Source: Candidatus Thorarchaeota archaeon SMTZ1-45 (GTDB taxonomy: Archaea > Asgardarchaeota > Thorarchaeia > Thorarchaeales > Thorarchaeaceae). From it: a stretch of DNA of 54,985 nucleotides. The first letter of the stretch is position 1; each line of letters starts with the position of its first letter. The stretch covers positions 1 to 54,985 of the forward strand of contig LRSL01000033.1 in assembly GCA_001563335.1 (NCBI GenBank), in the 5' to 3' direction. This document shows positions 26,743-37,069 of this stretch, piece after piece. The position numbers and the translations under genes were made by a program. The notes beneath the pieces are model-generated. The model ran no database searches, was not told the origin of the DNA, and saw only the letters and a program-made list of their open reading frames with translations.

Positions 26743-28458
26743 TCACAGATAATCAGATGCTTCTTTCTGGGTCAGTTTATTACCTGCACTTCGGGCATAG
26801 TGTCGAGAGAGGCTTAAGCAAATGACTCCAAAGGGGAAGAGTGCTCCATAAGCGAATAATGGATTCAAGAAGAAACCTAGACCCAGTATCGCAGAAAGTC
26901 CTGTAAACCCAATTATGTTAGGAAGAAGTTGAGCACGAAGGATTGACCACCCACGAATTGGCATCTGAACTGCCCCACCCCTTTGACGTGTGACAATTCG
27001 CTCAGCACGAAAATCACCACCAATGGCTGCCGCATTTGCGGCAATTCCTCCCGCAGCTTGATTAATGAAGACCGCTGAGAGAATCACCACAGGAACATAT
27101 AGTAGCATGCCAGGAGCAATTATCGTGACTAGAATGGATATCGCAGCACTAACAACAAATGCGAAGGGTGCTGAGCTATATACTTTCCCCATCACATAAT
27201 CATACATGCTTAAGGGAGCAAGCTGAAGGTTCATGAGATTACGGCCTTCATAGACGAGCTCGTATCCTGCAAAGCTTACTGCGTATGAGATGACGAAAGG
27301 TACGATAATTGCAATAACAATGAAGGGTGTGAAGCCCATCATAAGCTCACCTCCAGCGAATAAACCAAACACGATAATCACAACAAACCTCATGGGACCA
27401 ACGAGATAATTTGCGAATACTCTCCCTTCTCTTCTGATATTCGTGATGTTATACCAAATCGACACACTTGTTGCTGTGTTGAAAGTAAAACCAGGAATAA
27501 CCTGTGGATTCCAGACATCGTGAGTTATTATTACCTTGTCCTTTGATGTTCTCGTTGAACCACTGGCAAGCCAACCACTATAGTGTGCAGTTTCACTAAC
27601 ATAAGCGTTCAGATTCACAAGAATAATCGCAAGAGCACCATATAATAACGCAAGAAAGACATCATTGATTATTATTTGCTCTCCGACTAGAAAACCAAGT
27701 GATAAGGCACTTGTTGCCGCGCCAGGACTGATACCAGAAGTGAAACCCAGAGTTTCTGCTATCTCAAAAAGAATCGGGAAAATGTTCGCAAACCCCTCAT
27801 CGAGAAAGATGAAGTAATAGTAAAGAGCACTGGCAAGGACAGCCATAGAGGTTCCAATGAACCAACCGACCTGCTTAAGGCGCCTTCTTCCTGCAAGAAT
27901 ACGTGAGAAGAAAAGTCCAACAAGACCTCCAATTGAAACTCCCAAGGTTGATAGAACAAGCATCATACCCACAAATGTAGGGATTGAGAGGAGCGCCAGC
28001 GGAGCATTGGATACCATGCTCAGACCTATGAAGATAGGAGTACCAATCACAAGGAAGAAGACAGAGCTATAAAGAATCACTATAATGGTTTTCTCGAGAA
28101 ATAATGTACGAAGAGAGATAGGCATCGTCATGAGATACTCCATTCTTGAGGAGTTTCCAACGGTTGTAGCACTGAACATTATAGATCCAATGAATGAGAA
28201 CAGGAGAAGGACATTGAATAATGATGATCCAGCCCCGATGTTCTCTGTGAGTAGTGTATCAAGAATATCCCAACCAAACTGGGGAACAAGCCAGTTTATG
28301 CCCCAGATAATTAAAAGCCCAAAAGCTACCGCTGCAATAGGTGCAAATAATCTACGAATCACACTCTTTTGTTCGGTCCTCTTCCCCTTTGCACCTGAAA
28401 CTCTGTAATTCTGTGTCAGGTCTTGTTTCAGTAGGACCCATAAGTCGTTGAGTGTCAC
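26743..28458 (-). CDS. ABC transporter permease (ABC-2-like, duplicated membrane domain)
   Basis: About 13-14 TM helices with YLMTMPIS...EK and LQLAPLS...GK repeats. Overlaps the stop of the ABC ATPase gene. Confidence 0.85.
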   Translation of the reverse strand: MTLNDLWVLLKQDLTQNYRVSGAKGKRTEQKSVIRRLFAPIAAVAFGLLIIWGINWLVPQFGWDILDTLLTENIGAGSSLFNVLLLFSFIGSIMFSATTVGNSSRMEYLMTMPISLRTLFLEKTIIVILYSSVFFLVIGTPIFIGLSMVSNAPLALLSIPTFVGMMLVLSTLGVSIGGLVGLFFSRILAGRRRLKQVGWFIGTSMAVLASALYYYFIFLDEGFANIFPILFEIAETLGFTSGISPGAATSALSLGFLVGEQIIINDVFLALLYGALAIILVNLNAYVSETAHYSGWLASGSTRTSKDKVIITHDVWNPQVIPGFTFNTATSVSIWYNITNIRREGRVFANYLVGPMRFVVIIVFGLFAGGELMMGFTPFIVIAIIVPFVISYAVSFAGYELVYEGRNLMNLQLAPLSMYDYVMGKVYSSAPFAFVVSAAISILVTIIAPGMLLYVPVVILSAVFINQAAGGIAANAAAIGGDFRAERIVTRQRGGAVQMPIRGWSILRAQLLPNIIGFTGLSAILGLGFFLNPLFAYGALFPFGVICLSLSRHYARSAGNKLTQKEASDYL

Positions 28459-29219
28459 TTCACGTCACCAAGATACTCTGCAATCTTTTGCATATCAGGT
28501 CCACCAGTCAATGAAAGGAAAATCTCCTCCAAGGAACTCTCACCCTTCGCTTGTACTCTGAGCTCTTCCATCGAACCCTCAGCAACCATCTTCCCATCAT
28601 CAATAATACCAATTCTGTCACAGAGTTGTTCAGCTATCTCAAGGATGTGTGTGCTCATCAGGATTGTTACACCTTTTGTACGTAAACCATTGAGAATTTC
28701 CTTTATTGTTGCAGCCCCTCGTGGATCAATACCAGCTTGAAGCTCATCGAGAATCAGGACCTTTGGCTGATGAATTAATGCAGCAACAAGACTGATTTTT
28801 CGTGACATTCCTTTGGAGTATGTTTCTATGAGATCATCACTGGCATCTTTGATGTCAAGCAATGTTAGAAGCTCATCCAACTCGTCCTCACGTTCAGGTC
28901 CTCGTGGAACTCGCCAGATATCGCTCACATAGTTTGCATATTCCCAACCTGTAAGACGTTCAGGTAGGACAGGTTCCTCAGGAACATAGCCCATCATACG
29001 CTTGGCTTCAACAATCTCGGTTCTGATGTCAAAGCCCATTACCTTTGCCGTTCCTTCGGTTGGTTTTAACAAACCTAACAGCATTCTCATCGTAGTTGAT
29101 TTTCCAGACCCATTGGGTCCAAGCATTCCATAGATTTCTCCAGGAGTTACATGAAATGATAGGTTGTCAACTGCAGTGAACTCGCTGAACATTTTCTTCA
29201 AACCGATGGCTTCAATCAT
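28455..29219 (-). CDS. ABC transporter ATP-binding protein
   Basis: Walker A GPNGSGKST, signature YSKGM, LILDE and H-loop STH. The likely start is MIEAIGL. Confidence 0.95.
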   Translation of the reverse strand: MIEAIGLKKMFSEFTAVDNLSFHVTPGEIYGMLGPNGSGKSTTMRMLLGLLKPTEGTAKVMGFDIRTEIVEAKRMMGYVPEEPVLPERLTGWEYANYVSDIWRVPRGPEREDELDELLTLLDIKDASDDLIETYSKGMSRKISLVAALIHQPKVLILDELQAGIDPRGAATIKEILNGLRTKGVTILMSTHILEIAEQLCDRIGIIDDGKMVAEGSMEELRVQAKGESSLEEIFLSLTGGPDMQKIAEYLGDVK

Positions 29220-29323
29220 CAAAATCGAGAGTTGTTCCTCTGGGACACATTTATGCCTTAGCATCCTAACATATCCTGTTTCATTTGGTAACTGATATAA
29301 GCCAAAGCAATTGGCGATAACTC

Positions 29324-30418
29324 ATGACACTTGAGAGTTGGAGGCTTCTCGATTTGGGCCCAATCGCACCAATCGAGACCCAGATTAACTACGATATGAT
29401 TGCTCAAGGAATAACTGAGGGAGAATCCGAAAATACTCTCATTATCTGCTGGCCAGCTAGACCCCTTGTAAGCCTTGGATACTTCCAAGAGATTGAAGCA
29501 GATATAGACACGAAGTTTTGTGATGAGAATGACATCTTCTACACTCGTCGAGTCGTTGGTGGTGGTGGCGTTTATCTCGATGATGGCCAAATGTTCTACC
29601 AATTGATTGGACGGAAAGACAGTCCTATAACACCCAAGAGAATTGATGACTACTATGTCAAGTTTCTTGAAGCCCCTGTTCAGGCATACAGGAATCTTGG
29701 AATACCCGCAGAGTTCAAGCCAGTGAATGACATTATTGCCAATGAAAAGAAGATTTCAGGGAACGGAGCAGGAGACATTGGTGACGCAAGGATTCTTGTT
29801 GGAAATTTAATATTTGACTTCAATTTTGATATGATGGTCAAGGTTCTGAGGGTGCCTAACGAAAAATTCAGGGATAAGATTGCACAGAGCCTTCGAGAGA
29901 GAATGTCTACAATTCTAATACAAACAGGATCAATGCCTGATAGGTTGGAGGTAAAGGAGGACCTCTTACGACTATATGAAGAGACACTCGACATTGAATT
30001 GGTTCCTGGCAAGTTCAATAGGTGGGAAATAGACAGAGTAAACGAACTCAAACCGAAGTACATGTCTGATGAGTGGCTACATTGGAGACGTGGTGGGCGT
30101 CTAGATGCCAGGACCGTGAGAATCTCAGCAACAACACGCGTAGGAACTTCCAACTACAAAGCACCAGGTGGTCTTGTCCGAGTTACTGCTGAGGATGTCG
30201 AAGGGAAGTTAAACGAGATAATCATCAGTGGTGACTTTTTCATGTTACCAATGGATGCCATCTCTAATCTCGAAAAGACACTCATTGGCGCGAAGATAGA
30301 AAATGGAGATCTTTTGAATAGGGTAAATGAGGTATATACTAAGTTCAATATCGAATCACCAGGTGTCACTCCTCAGGATATTGAAACTGCAGTAAAGCTA
30401 GCTTTTGAGCAGAAATAG
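29324..30418 (+). CDS. lplA: lipoate--protein ligase A with C-terminal accessory domain
   Basis: RRVVGGGGVYLD, NDI...KKISGNG and C-terminal KAPGGLVR...ISGDFF. Confidence 0.85.
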   Translation: MTLESWRLLDLGPIAPIETQINYDMIAQGITEGESENTLIICWPARPLVSLGYFQEIEADIDTKFCDENDIFYTRRVVGGGGVYLDDGQMFYQLIGRKDSPITPKRIDDYYVKFLEAPVQAYRNLGIPAEFKPVNDIIANEKKISGNGAGDIGDARILVGNLIFDFNFDMMVKVLRVPNEKFRDKIAQSLRERMSTILIQTGSMPDRLEVKEDLLRLYEETLDIELVPGKFNRWEIDRVNELKPKYMSDEWLHWRRGGRLDARTVRISATTRVGTSNYKAPGGLVRVTAEDVEGKLNEIIISGDFFMLPMDAISNLEKTLIGAKIENGDLLNRVNEVYTKFNIESPGVTPQDIETAVKLAFEQK

Positions 30419-31571
30419 ATTCAGAAGAATCCATAAGGATGCATCTATGAAACATAACTCAAGAAGAGAGGCGGCGGGTCTTTTGAGTGACAGTTCTCAG
30501 TCATCCTTCCTCGTGAGTGCACCTGGACGAGTTTGCCTTTTTGGAGAACATAGTGACTACTTGGGTTTAGATGTGATTGCAGCAGCAATAAGCATGTCAA
30601 TTGAGATTTTTACAGAACCACGAGAAGATAATTTGGTCCAGGTAAGATATATCGATCTTGACGAATTTGATGTGTTCTCACTGGATTCGGAAATTCAATA
30701 TAGAACCCAGAGAGATTATATCAGAAGCGCATTCAATGTGATGGCGAGAAGAGGAATCAGTCCGAAGCATGGATGGAACCTCGAAGTGAGAGGAACGATA
30801 CCTATTGCAGCCGGGCTCTCAAGCTCCTCTGCGTTGACAGTCGCAGCAATCAAAGCTATTTCAGGGATGGCTGCTTGTAAATTAGAAACCAATGAAATTG
30901 CATTATACGCATATGAGGCAGAAGTTGCAGAGTTTGGTGAAAGCGGCGGAACCATGGATCATTATGCATCATCCATTGGTGGAATCATACATGTGAACAC
31001 TATAAACAACAAGGTTTCCAAATTACCAGCAGAACTAGATACCTTCGTAATTGGCGATTCAGGTGAAAAGAAAAAAGACACCGTTGGAGACCTCCGATAT
31101 ATCAGGTCAACAGTCGAGAGGGAGTATGGAGAGATTGGGAAGATGATAAAGTCATTCAATCGACGTGAAACACAGGCTCTTGAGGTTCAGAAATTAAGAC
31201 GGGGAGTACCAAGTAAAGAGAGAAGAATGGCGGAGGCAACACTTCGTAATAGAGACCTTACTAGACAAGCTCTTAAACTGCTGAGCCAGCTAACACCAGA
31301 CCGTATTGAACTTGGGAGGATGTTGAAAGAACATCATGAGATATTACGAGACGACTTAGAGCGTTCTACACCCAAGATTGAAAGAATGATTTCAGCAGCA
31401 TATGATGCTGGGGCTCTTGGTTGTAAAATAAATGGAAGTGGGGGTGGTGGATCAATGATGGCGTATGCTTCAAAGAATGAACAGGAAGTAGCAGCATCTA
31501 TTGAAGCTGCTGGAGGAACTGCATATATCGTAAGGGTGGGAGAAGGAGTCACTCTCTCATTGAGAAACTAA
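30405..31571 (+). CDS. GHMP kinase, galactokinase-like (true start probably downstream, near 30483)
   Basis: APGRVCLFGEHSDY, PIAAGLSSSSA, GTMDH and KINGSGGGG. Confidence 0.85.
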   Translation: MSRNRFRRIHKDASMKHNSRREAAGLLSDSSQSSFLVSAPGRVCLFGEHSDYLGLDVIAAAISMSIEIFTEPREDNLVQVRYIDLDEFDVFSLDSEIQYRTQRDYIRSAFNVMARRGISPKHGWNLEVRGTIPIAAGLSSSSALTVAAIKAISGMAACKLETNEIALYAYEAEVAEFGESGGTMDHYASSIGGIIHVNTINNKVSKLPAELDTFVIGDSGEKKKDTVGDLRYIRSTVEREYGEIGKMIKSFNRRETQALEVQKLRRGVPSKERRMAEATLRNRDLTRQALKLLSQLTPDRIELGRMLKEHHEILRDDLERSTPKIERMISAAYDAGALGCKINGSGGGGSMMAYASKNEQEVAASIEAAGGTAYIVRVGEGVTLSLRN

Positions 31572-33139
31572 CTGCTCTTAGCAAGCTCTTTCATTCGAAC
31601 CTCTACAATCTCAAGGACTTCATTCTTAAGCAATGTAGCATCTTTCAAGAGTTTCTCTACCTCTTTAGCAGTCTTATCGACGAATGATTTGTCCTTTATA
31701 TTTCCAAGATTGATTCGTACATTCAGGGCAGCACCTTCAATAGCCGCCATGAGCGCATGAGCAGCGACGCCTGCGTCAGTGATTGAGTTTATGTTTCCCT
31801 TCTCAGCAGCCAAGCGCGCATGAGTTAACGCATTGAATGAGTGTTGCATTGTTGTTAATGGGACCTTAGCTGCTTCAATGGTTGCTTCCTCAATGATAGC
31901 ATCCTTCTTTTTCTTTTCAGCAGCAGTTTCTGCGGGAGCTCTCATGGCATCCATGACAACATCGAACGCCTTGGAGTCTTTCTCGATTAGGTCCATAAGG
32001 ACACCTCGATCGTATTCACATGCGTGTCGATGTTCCAGCATCTCTTCCTTAATTCCTGCGAATTTTCGACCAGATAGTGAGAGACCTGTAACCATACAAA
32101 CCAAACCAGCTCCAAATGAACCCAAGGCTGCTGCAACACTTCCGCCACCAGGAGTAGCACGTGCTCTGCGAACCTCGTTTCCAAATTCAATCATTGACAT
32201 TTCAGTGAATGTCTTCTTTGTGGGATCAAACCCACCGGCAAGGTAATAGAGATCGAGAATCATGGATTCATCTAGCCTTTCTGGTTGGAGATAATATCTT
32301 AGAGCATCAAGAAGAGCAAAGAGCGGCACCATTCCAACTATCTCAGTTTCAACGACTGTTGCTCCAAACCTGCGTGCTTCGTTTCGTACAACCTCGAGCA
32401 CTTGATGAATCTTGGTGCGTCTAGGATGCGTCAAGTTCAGAGAGACCTGCACACAGTTCTTTGCGGGAAGGTCAAGGCCAATTCCTTGAACATTGACAAA
32501 ACCTCCAGTCGTAGCACGTACTGCATCAGCACAGACCTTTGCAACTTCAAGATTCGTCGTGCTCAGATTGAAGTTAATTGCTATTAAGAAGTTACGAGCA
32601 CCCGTTGCAGTTGCACCGGCTGTTGGATGTATTTTGCTGGGCCCATAGTCAGGATCTTTCTCAGGATTCGTGCCAATCTCCTCTCTGAGTCCTTCAAATT
32701 CACCCTCACGGATATTTGGTAAATCAACTCGATCTCGCCGGGTTGCAGATTTCGAATAGAGAAAGACTGGGACATTACACTTCTCCGAGAACTCTTTGGC
32801 AAACTCCTTTGAGAGTTCTATACACTCACCGATTGTGGTGCCATGAAGTGGTATAAATGGTACAACATCAACTGCACCCATCCTTGGATGTGCACCCTTA
32901 TGTTTTGTCAGATCAATCTTCTCGACTGCAAGCTCTGCAGCTTTTAGTGCGGCGTTTTTCACCTGTTGTGGTCCACCAATGAATGTGAAGACAGACCGGT
33001 TATGGTCAGGGTCAAATTCTACATCTAGAAGTCGGACACCTTCAACGCTCTTGATAGCGTTTGCCAAAGCATCTATGATACTCTGGTTTCGGCCTTCTGA
33101 AAAGTTGGGCACACACTCAACAACTTTCACAAGATTCAC
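31568..33139 (-). CDS. ftcD: bifunctional glutamate formimidoyltransferase / formiminotetrahydrofolate cyclodeaminase
   Basis: VECVPNFSEGR, DHNRSV and HPRMGAVDVVPF, followed by the cyclodeaminase motifs TPGGGSVAA and LNVRINL. Confidence 0.92.
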   Translation of the reverse strand: MNLVKVVECVPNFSEGRNQSIIDALANAIKSVEGVRLLDVEFDPDHNRSVFTFIGGPQQVKNAALKAAELAVEKIDLTKHKGAHPRMGAVDVVPFIPLHGTTIGECIELSKEFAKEFSEKCNVPVFLYSKSATRRDRVDLPNIREGEFEGLREEIGTNPEKDPDYGPSKIHPTAGATATGARNFLIAINFNLSTTNLEVAKVCADAVRATTGGFVNVQGIGLDLPAKNCVQVSLNLTHPRRTKIHQVLEVVRNEARRFGATVVETEIVGMVPLFALLDALRYYLQPERLDESMILDLYYLAGGFDPTKKTFTEMSMIEFGNEVRRARATPGGGSVAAALGSFGAGLVCMVTGLSLSGRKFAGIKEEMLEHRHACEYDRGVLMDLIEKDSKAFDVVMDAMRAPAETAAEKKKKDAIIEEATIEAAKVPLTTMQHSFNALTHARLAAEKGNINSITDAGVAAHALMAAIEGAALNVRINLGNIKDKSFVDKTAKEVEKLLKDATLLKNEVLEIVEVRMKELAKSS

Positions 33140-33188
33140 CAGTGCCCGCTCGGGGAGCCGATATACAAAAGCGTTTGGGAATGCATCC

Positions 33189-34073
33189 TTATTCTATCAT
33201 TTGTGCTCTATATGCTGAAACAAGGTTCTTCAAGAGCATCGCAATCGTCATTGGTCCGACTCCTCCTGGGACGGGGGTCACGCATAGAGCCTTGTCCTTT
33301 ACATTTTCAAAATCGACGTCTCCCAGGGGAGTAGCAACATCAATGACGACAGCTCCTTCTTTGACCATATCTGTAGTGATGAAGAAGGGGTCGTCCTCAG
33401 AGGTACGTCGACCTATTGCACTAACTAGGACATCAGCTTGTCTAGTGAAGAATGGCAAGTCTTTGGTTCTCGAGTGACAGACTGTGACTGTAGCATTCCT
33501 GTTCAATAAAAGCATGATCAAAGGTTTACCTACGATTGTTGACCGATTGATAATCACAGCATGTTTTCCAGATAGATCATTCCAGCCAATCCTGTCAAGT
33601 ATAGTTACAATACCATGAGGCGTGGCAGCACTCAAGTCTTCGCCACCATAAAATAAGCGATACACATTAGCAGGTGAAAATCCATCCACATCTTTTAGAG
33701 GATTGATAGATCCAATGATTGTTTTCTCATCGATATGTTTCGGTATGGGAAGTTGTACTAGAATTCCATGCACCGATGCATCATCATTTAACTTCTTTAT
33801 CAATCTGAGAAGTTCAGCCTGTGTGGTAGTTTCAGGAAGATCATGATGGTCTGAAAGAATGCCAGCTTTGTTTGATGCCTTGTGTTTCATTCTAACATAC
33901 ATCTGTGAACCAGGGTCCTCTCCAACAATGACTGTTACTAGCTTGGGAGAAACTCCATGATGTGCAACAAGTTCTGCGACTTCGTTTTCAACCTCAGTTC
34001 TAATCCGATTTGAGAGACGACGACCCTTGATTTCATGTTCCTCGCATATTGGTTTTAGATCATCATCAGACAT
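33189..34073 (-). CDS. folD: methylenetetrahydrofolate dehydrogenase/cyclohydrolase
   Basis: YVRMK, HGILVQLP, KDVDG, RSTIVGKP and TPVPGGVGPMTIAML. A GAGGTGA ribosome-binding site lies upstream. Confidence 0.95.
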   Translation of the reverse strand: MSDDDLKPICEEHEIKGRRLSNRIRTEVENEVAELVAHHGVSPKLVTVIVGEDPGSQMYVRMKHKASNKAGILSDHHDLPETTTQAELLRLIKKLNDDASVHGILVQLPIPKHIDEKTIIGSINPLKDVDGFSPANVYRLFYGGEDLSAATPHGIVTILDRIGWNDLSGKHAVIINRSTIVGKPLIMLLLNRNATVTVCHSRTKDLPFFTRQADVLVSAIGRRTSEDDPFFITTDMVKEGAVVIDVATPLGDVDFENVKDKALCVTPVPGGVGPMTIAMLLKNLVSAYRAQMIE

Positions 34074-34084
34074 GAATTCACCTC

Positions 34085-35686
34085 TTAGAATATTCCACTG
34101 ATGTTGCCATCTTTATCTATGTCCATTCCATGCGCAGCTGGCTCTTCAGGGAGACCAGGCATAAGATTGATGTCCCCCATCTGAATTACGATAAATCCAG
34201 CACCATTACTTACATTTGCACCGTTGACTTCTGCATCAAATCCCGTTGGTCTTCCCCGTAAGCTCTTTGAGTCGGACAAGCTGAATTGTGTCTTTGCTAT
34301 GCAAATTGGTAGGTTTCCATACTCACGTCTCTCCAGAGACCTGATGGTTCCTTTTGCAGTGGTGGTGTACAGAACATCATTGGCACCATAGATTTTCTGA
34401 GCGACTTTCAAGATTTTTGTCTTGATTGGGTCCTCTAAATCATAGGTATAATTAATCCGTTTGATCGGGTTACTCGCGATTGTGTCAAGTACAACTTTTG
34501 CAAGAGCTTTTCCACCTTCACTGCCCCTAGCATATACCTCTGAAACTTCCATCCCCCAGCCTTTCTCTTCACAGAATCTTCTAAGTTGGTCTATTTCCTC
34601 ATCTGTGTCATCAGGGAATCGGTTGAGTGCGACAACCGCGGGCACACCAAAATTGTTGATATTCTCCATATGTTTCTCCAAATTGGGAAAACCATCTTGG
34701 AGATCATCAAATCCGTGATATTTGAGGGCACGAATCGTTGTGATTACAACGCATGCATCAACGATAAAATCACCAGCTCTGGTGACAATATTGAAGAACT
34801 TCTCAGCACCTAAGTCAGCACCAAAGCCAGCTTCGATTACTACATAGTCAAATAGACGTAATGCAATATCGGTTCCAATGATTGAGCTTGTACCATGTGC
34901 TATGTTTGCAAATGGTCCGGTGTGGATTATCGCAGGAGTCCCTTCCTGTGTTTGCACCAGATTTGGTTTCAGAGCATCTCTCAAGATAACAGCCATAGCT
35001 CCCTCTGCTTTGACATCTTTTGCATACATCTCTTTCAATTGTTCAGAACGCGCAATCAGAATATTACCTAGTCTTTCTTTGAGGTCAACATAGTCTTTTG
35101 ATAATCCAAGAATTGCCATTACCTCTGAAGCTGAAGTTATTACAAAATTATCCTCGCGTGGAAACCCATCGAATCTGCCGCCTAATCCAACAATAACCTT
35201 TCTCAGAGCACGGTCATTCATATCGACATTTCGTGGCCAATAGGTTCGCCTAACATCAATTTCAGGTTGATGGTCATGATGGATGTAATTGTCAATCATT
35301 GCCGAGAGTAAGTTACCAGCAGCAGATACTGCAGGAAAATCTCCCGTGAACATTAGATTGATTTGCTCAAATGGTTCAACGGTGGACTTTCCTCCACCTG
35401 CTGCTCCACCTTTTATGCCAAAGACAGGACCAAGTGAGGGTTGTCTCAGTGCCACAACAGCACTGTGTCCCAAGGCATTGAGAGACATTGAGAGACCAAT
35501 GGAGTTGGTTGTCTTTCCTTCTCCAGCTGGAGTCGGATTTGTTGCAGTAACAAGTATGAGCTTGCCCTTCCGCTTCCCTAAATCCGTTCTAATCTTCAGG
35601 TCAATCTTAGCCATGAACGCTCCGTAATGTTCCAGATACTTCTCATTAATTCCAGCTTTCTTTGCCACTTCAGATATAGGAATCAA
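34085..35686 (-). CDS. fhs: formate--tetrahydrofolate ligase
   Basis: PTPAGEGKTT, LRQPSLGPVFGIKGGAAGGG, GPFANIAHG, EAGFGADLGAEKF, CIAKTQ and MPGL. Confidence 0.97.
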   Translation of the reverse strand: MIPISEVAKKAGINEKYLEHYGAFMAKIDLKIRTDLGKRKGKLILVTATNPTPAGEGKTTNSIGLSMSLNALGHSAVVALRQPSLGPVFGIKGGAAGGGKSTVEPFEQINLMFTGDFPAVSAAGNLLSAMIDNYIHHDHQPEIDVRRTYWPRNVDMNDRALRKVIVGLGGRFDGFPREDNFVITSASEVMAILGLSKDYVDLKERLGNILIARSEQLKEMYAKDVKAEGAMAVILRDALKPNLVQTQEGTPAIIHTGPFANIAHGTSSIIGTDIALRLFDYVVIEAGFGADLGAEKFFNIVTRAGDFIVDACVVITTIRALKYHGFDDLQDGFPNLEKHMENINNFGVPAVVALNRFPDDTDEEIDQLRRFCEEKGWGMEVSEVYARGSEGGKALAKVVLDTIASNPIKRINYTYDLEDPIKTKILKVAQKIYGANDVLYTTTAKGTIRSLERREYGNLPICIAKTQFSLSDSKSLRGRPTGFDAEVNGANVSNGAGFIVIQMGDINLMPGLPEEPAAHGMDIDKDGNISGIF

Positions 35687-35817
35687 AATCTCACTCTTCC
35701 TGATAATTGTCGAATGTGCTTCACCGTGTGTTTCACCTTGATAAAAGAAGCTCTACGGCAAAGTTAACGGATTGCGTAGATTATCAGACTTAATTTGCAA
35801 TGGATTGAAATCGATTT

Positions 35818-36999
35818 ATGCCATCTCGGAGTTCGAGAATCGTAGTTATAGTTCTACTACTTTCCATGCTAGTTCTTGTGATACCGTCTGATGTTCAAAC
35901 AGCCAGACCAGTTGTAATCTGGCCGACAGAGGAGTGGGTGATATCAACCCCAGAAAATCAAGGAATGGATTCCACAGCTCTCGACGATGTCTATTCACAT
36001 GTCAGAGATTCAGGTGCTAGTATTCGTAGCCTTCTTGTTGTTAGACATGGGTATCTTGTTGCAGAGGAATATTTCACACCAATTCTTTATGATGTCGATG
36101 ACACACACATACTATATTCAGTAACAAAAAGTGTTGTTTCTTCCTTGATTGGAATTACTATCGATCAGGGGTTCATTGATAACACAAGTCATCTGTTACT
36201 TGACTTCTTTCCAGATCGAACAATTGCAAACCTCAGTGAATGGAAAGAGTCAATCACACTTGAAGATGTGCTGCAAATGAGGTCAGGTTTTCAATGGAAC
36301 GAGGACAACTACAATGAATACAATGATTTCTTTGCAATGAGAGATTCTGAAGATTGGGTTCAGTATGTCCTCGACCGTCCAATAGCATTTGAACCAGGTT
36401 CAACCTTTTATTACAATAGCGGAAACTCTCATTTACTCGCTGCAATAATCAATGTTACCACAGGTATGACTCCACTTGCCTTTGCAGACCAATATCTCTT
36501 CGGTCCTCTAGGAATCACAACAAGACTGTGGCTTACAGACCCACTAGGAATCAATTTCGGTGGTTCTAACCTTGCTCTGAGACCACGAGACATGGCGAAA
36601 TTCGGACTCTTATTCCTAAACAATGGGACTTGGGATGATCAACAGATAGTGTCATCAAGTTGGGTTAATAGATCAAGCCATGGTCCATCGACCCCCTATG
36701 CAGGAGTCAGTTACGGATATCAGTGGTGGCTTAACGATAACACTGAGTGGTACTCTGCTAGAGGATATGATGGTCAATTCATCTACGTCATTCCGGAACA
36801 TGACATTGTTGTAGTATTTACATCAGACAACAGTGATGGTCCCTATGAGTATGATTGGCTTGTGGGCGAAGGGATACTTGGAGCTGTGACAAATATCTAT
36901 CCAGATGAAAATCCATCAAACATCCCCTACATACTTGTCGGTGTGGTTTCGATGGGAGTTTTGGTTGTAGCTATCTTAGTTTTCAGAGGCAGAAGATAA
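35818..36999 (+). CDS. secreted, C-terminally anchored serine hydrolase (beta-lactamase class C / AmpC-like family)
   Basis: Signal peptide, SVTK (SxxK), YNSG, YGYQWW, GYDGQ, and a C-terminal TM followed by RGRR. Confidence 0.9.
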   Translation: MPSRSSRIVVIVLLLSMLVLVIPSDVQTARPVVIWPTEEWVISTPENQGMDSTALDDVYSHVRDSGASIRSLLVVRHGYLVAEEYFTPILYDVDDTHILYSVTKSVVSSLIGITIDQGFIDNTSHLLLDFFPDRTIANLSEWKESITLEDVLQMRSGFQWNEDNYNEYNDFFAMRDSEDWVQYVLDRPIAFEPGSTFYYNSGNSHLLAAIINVTTGMTPLAFADQYLFGPLGITTRLWLTDPLGINFGGSNLALRPRDMAKFGLLFLNNGTWDDQQIVSSSWVNRSSHGPSTPYAGVSYGYQWWLNDNTEWYSARGYDGQFIYVIPEHDIVVVFTSDNSDGPYEYDWLVGEGILGAVTNIYPDENPSNIPYILVGVVSMGVLVVAILVFRGRR

Positions 37000-37069
37000 T
37001 CCATTATCGAGGAGAGTTTCTCCAAAAGAACATAAGACGGGCGTGCATAGAATAGTGTGGTTGATTGTA

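Noticed and set aside
29258-29602. 114-aa antisense ORF and the many other 60-170 aa ORFs nested in or antisense to long genes (e.g. 11953..12459, 29680..30153, 50335..50826, 53164..53628)
   Set aside because: They are shadow frames of well-supported genes and have no recognisable motifs.
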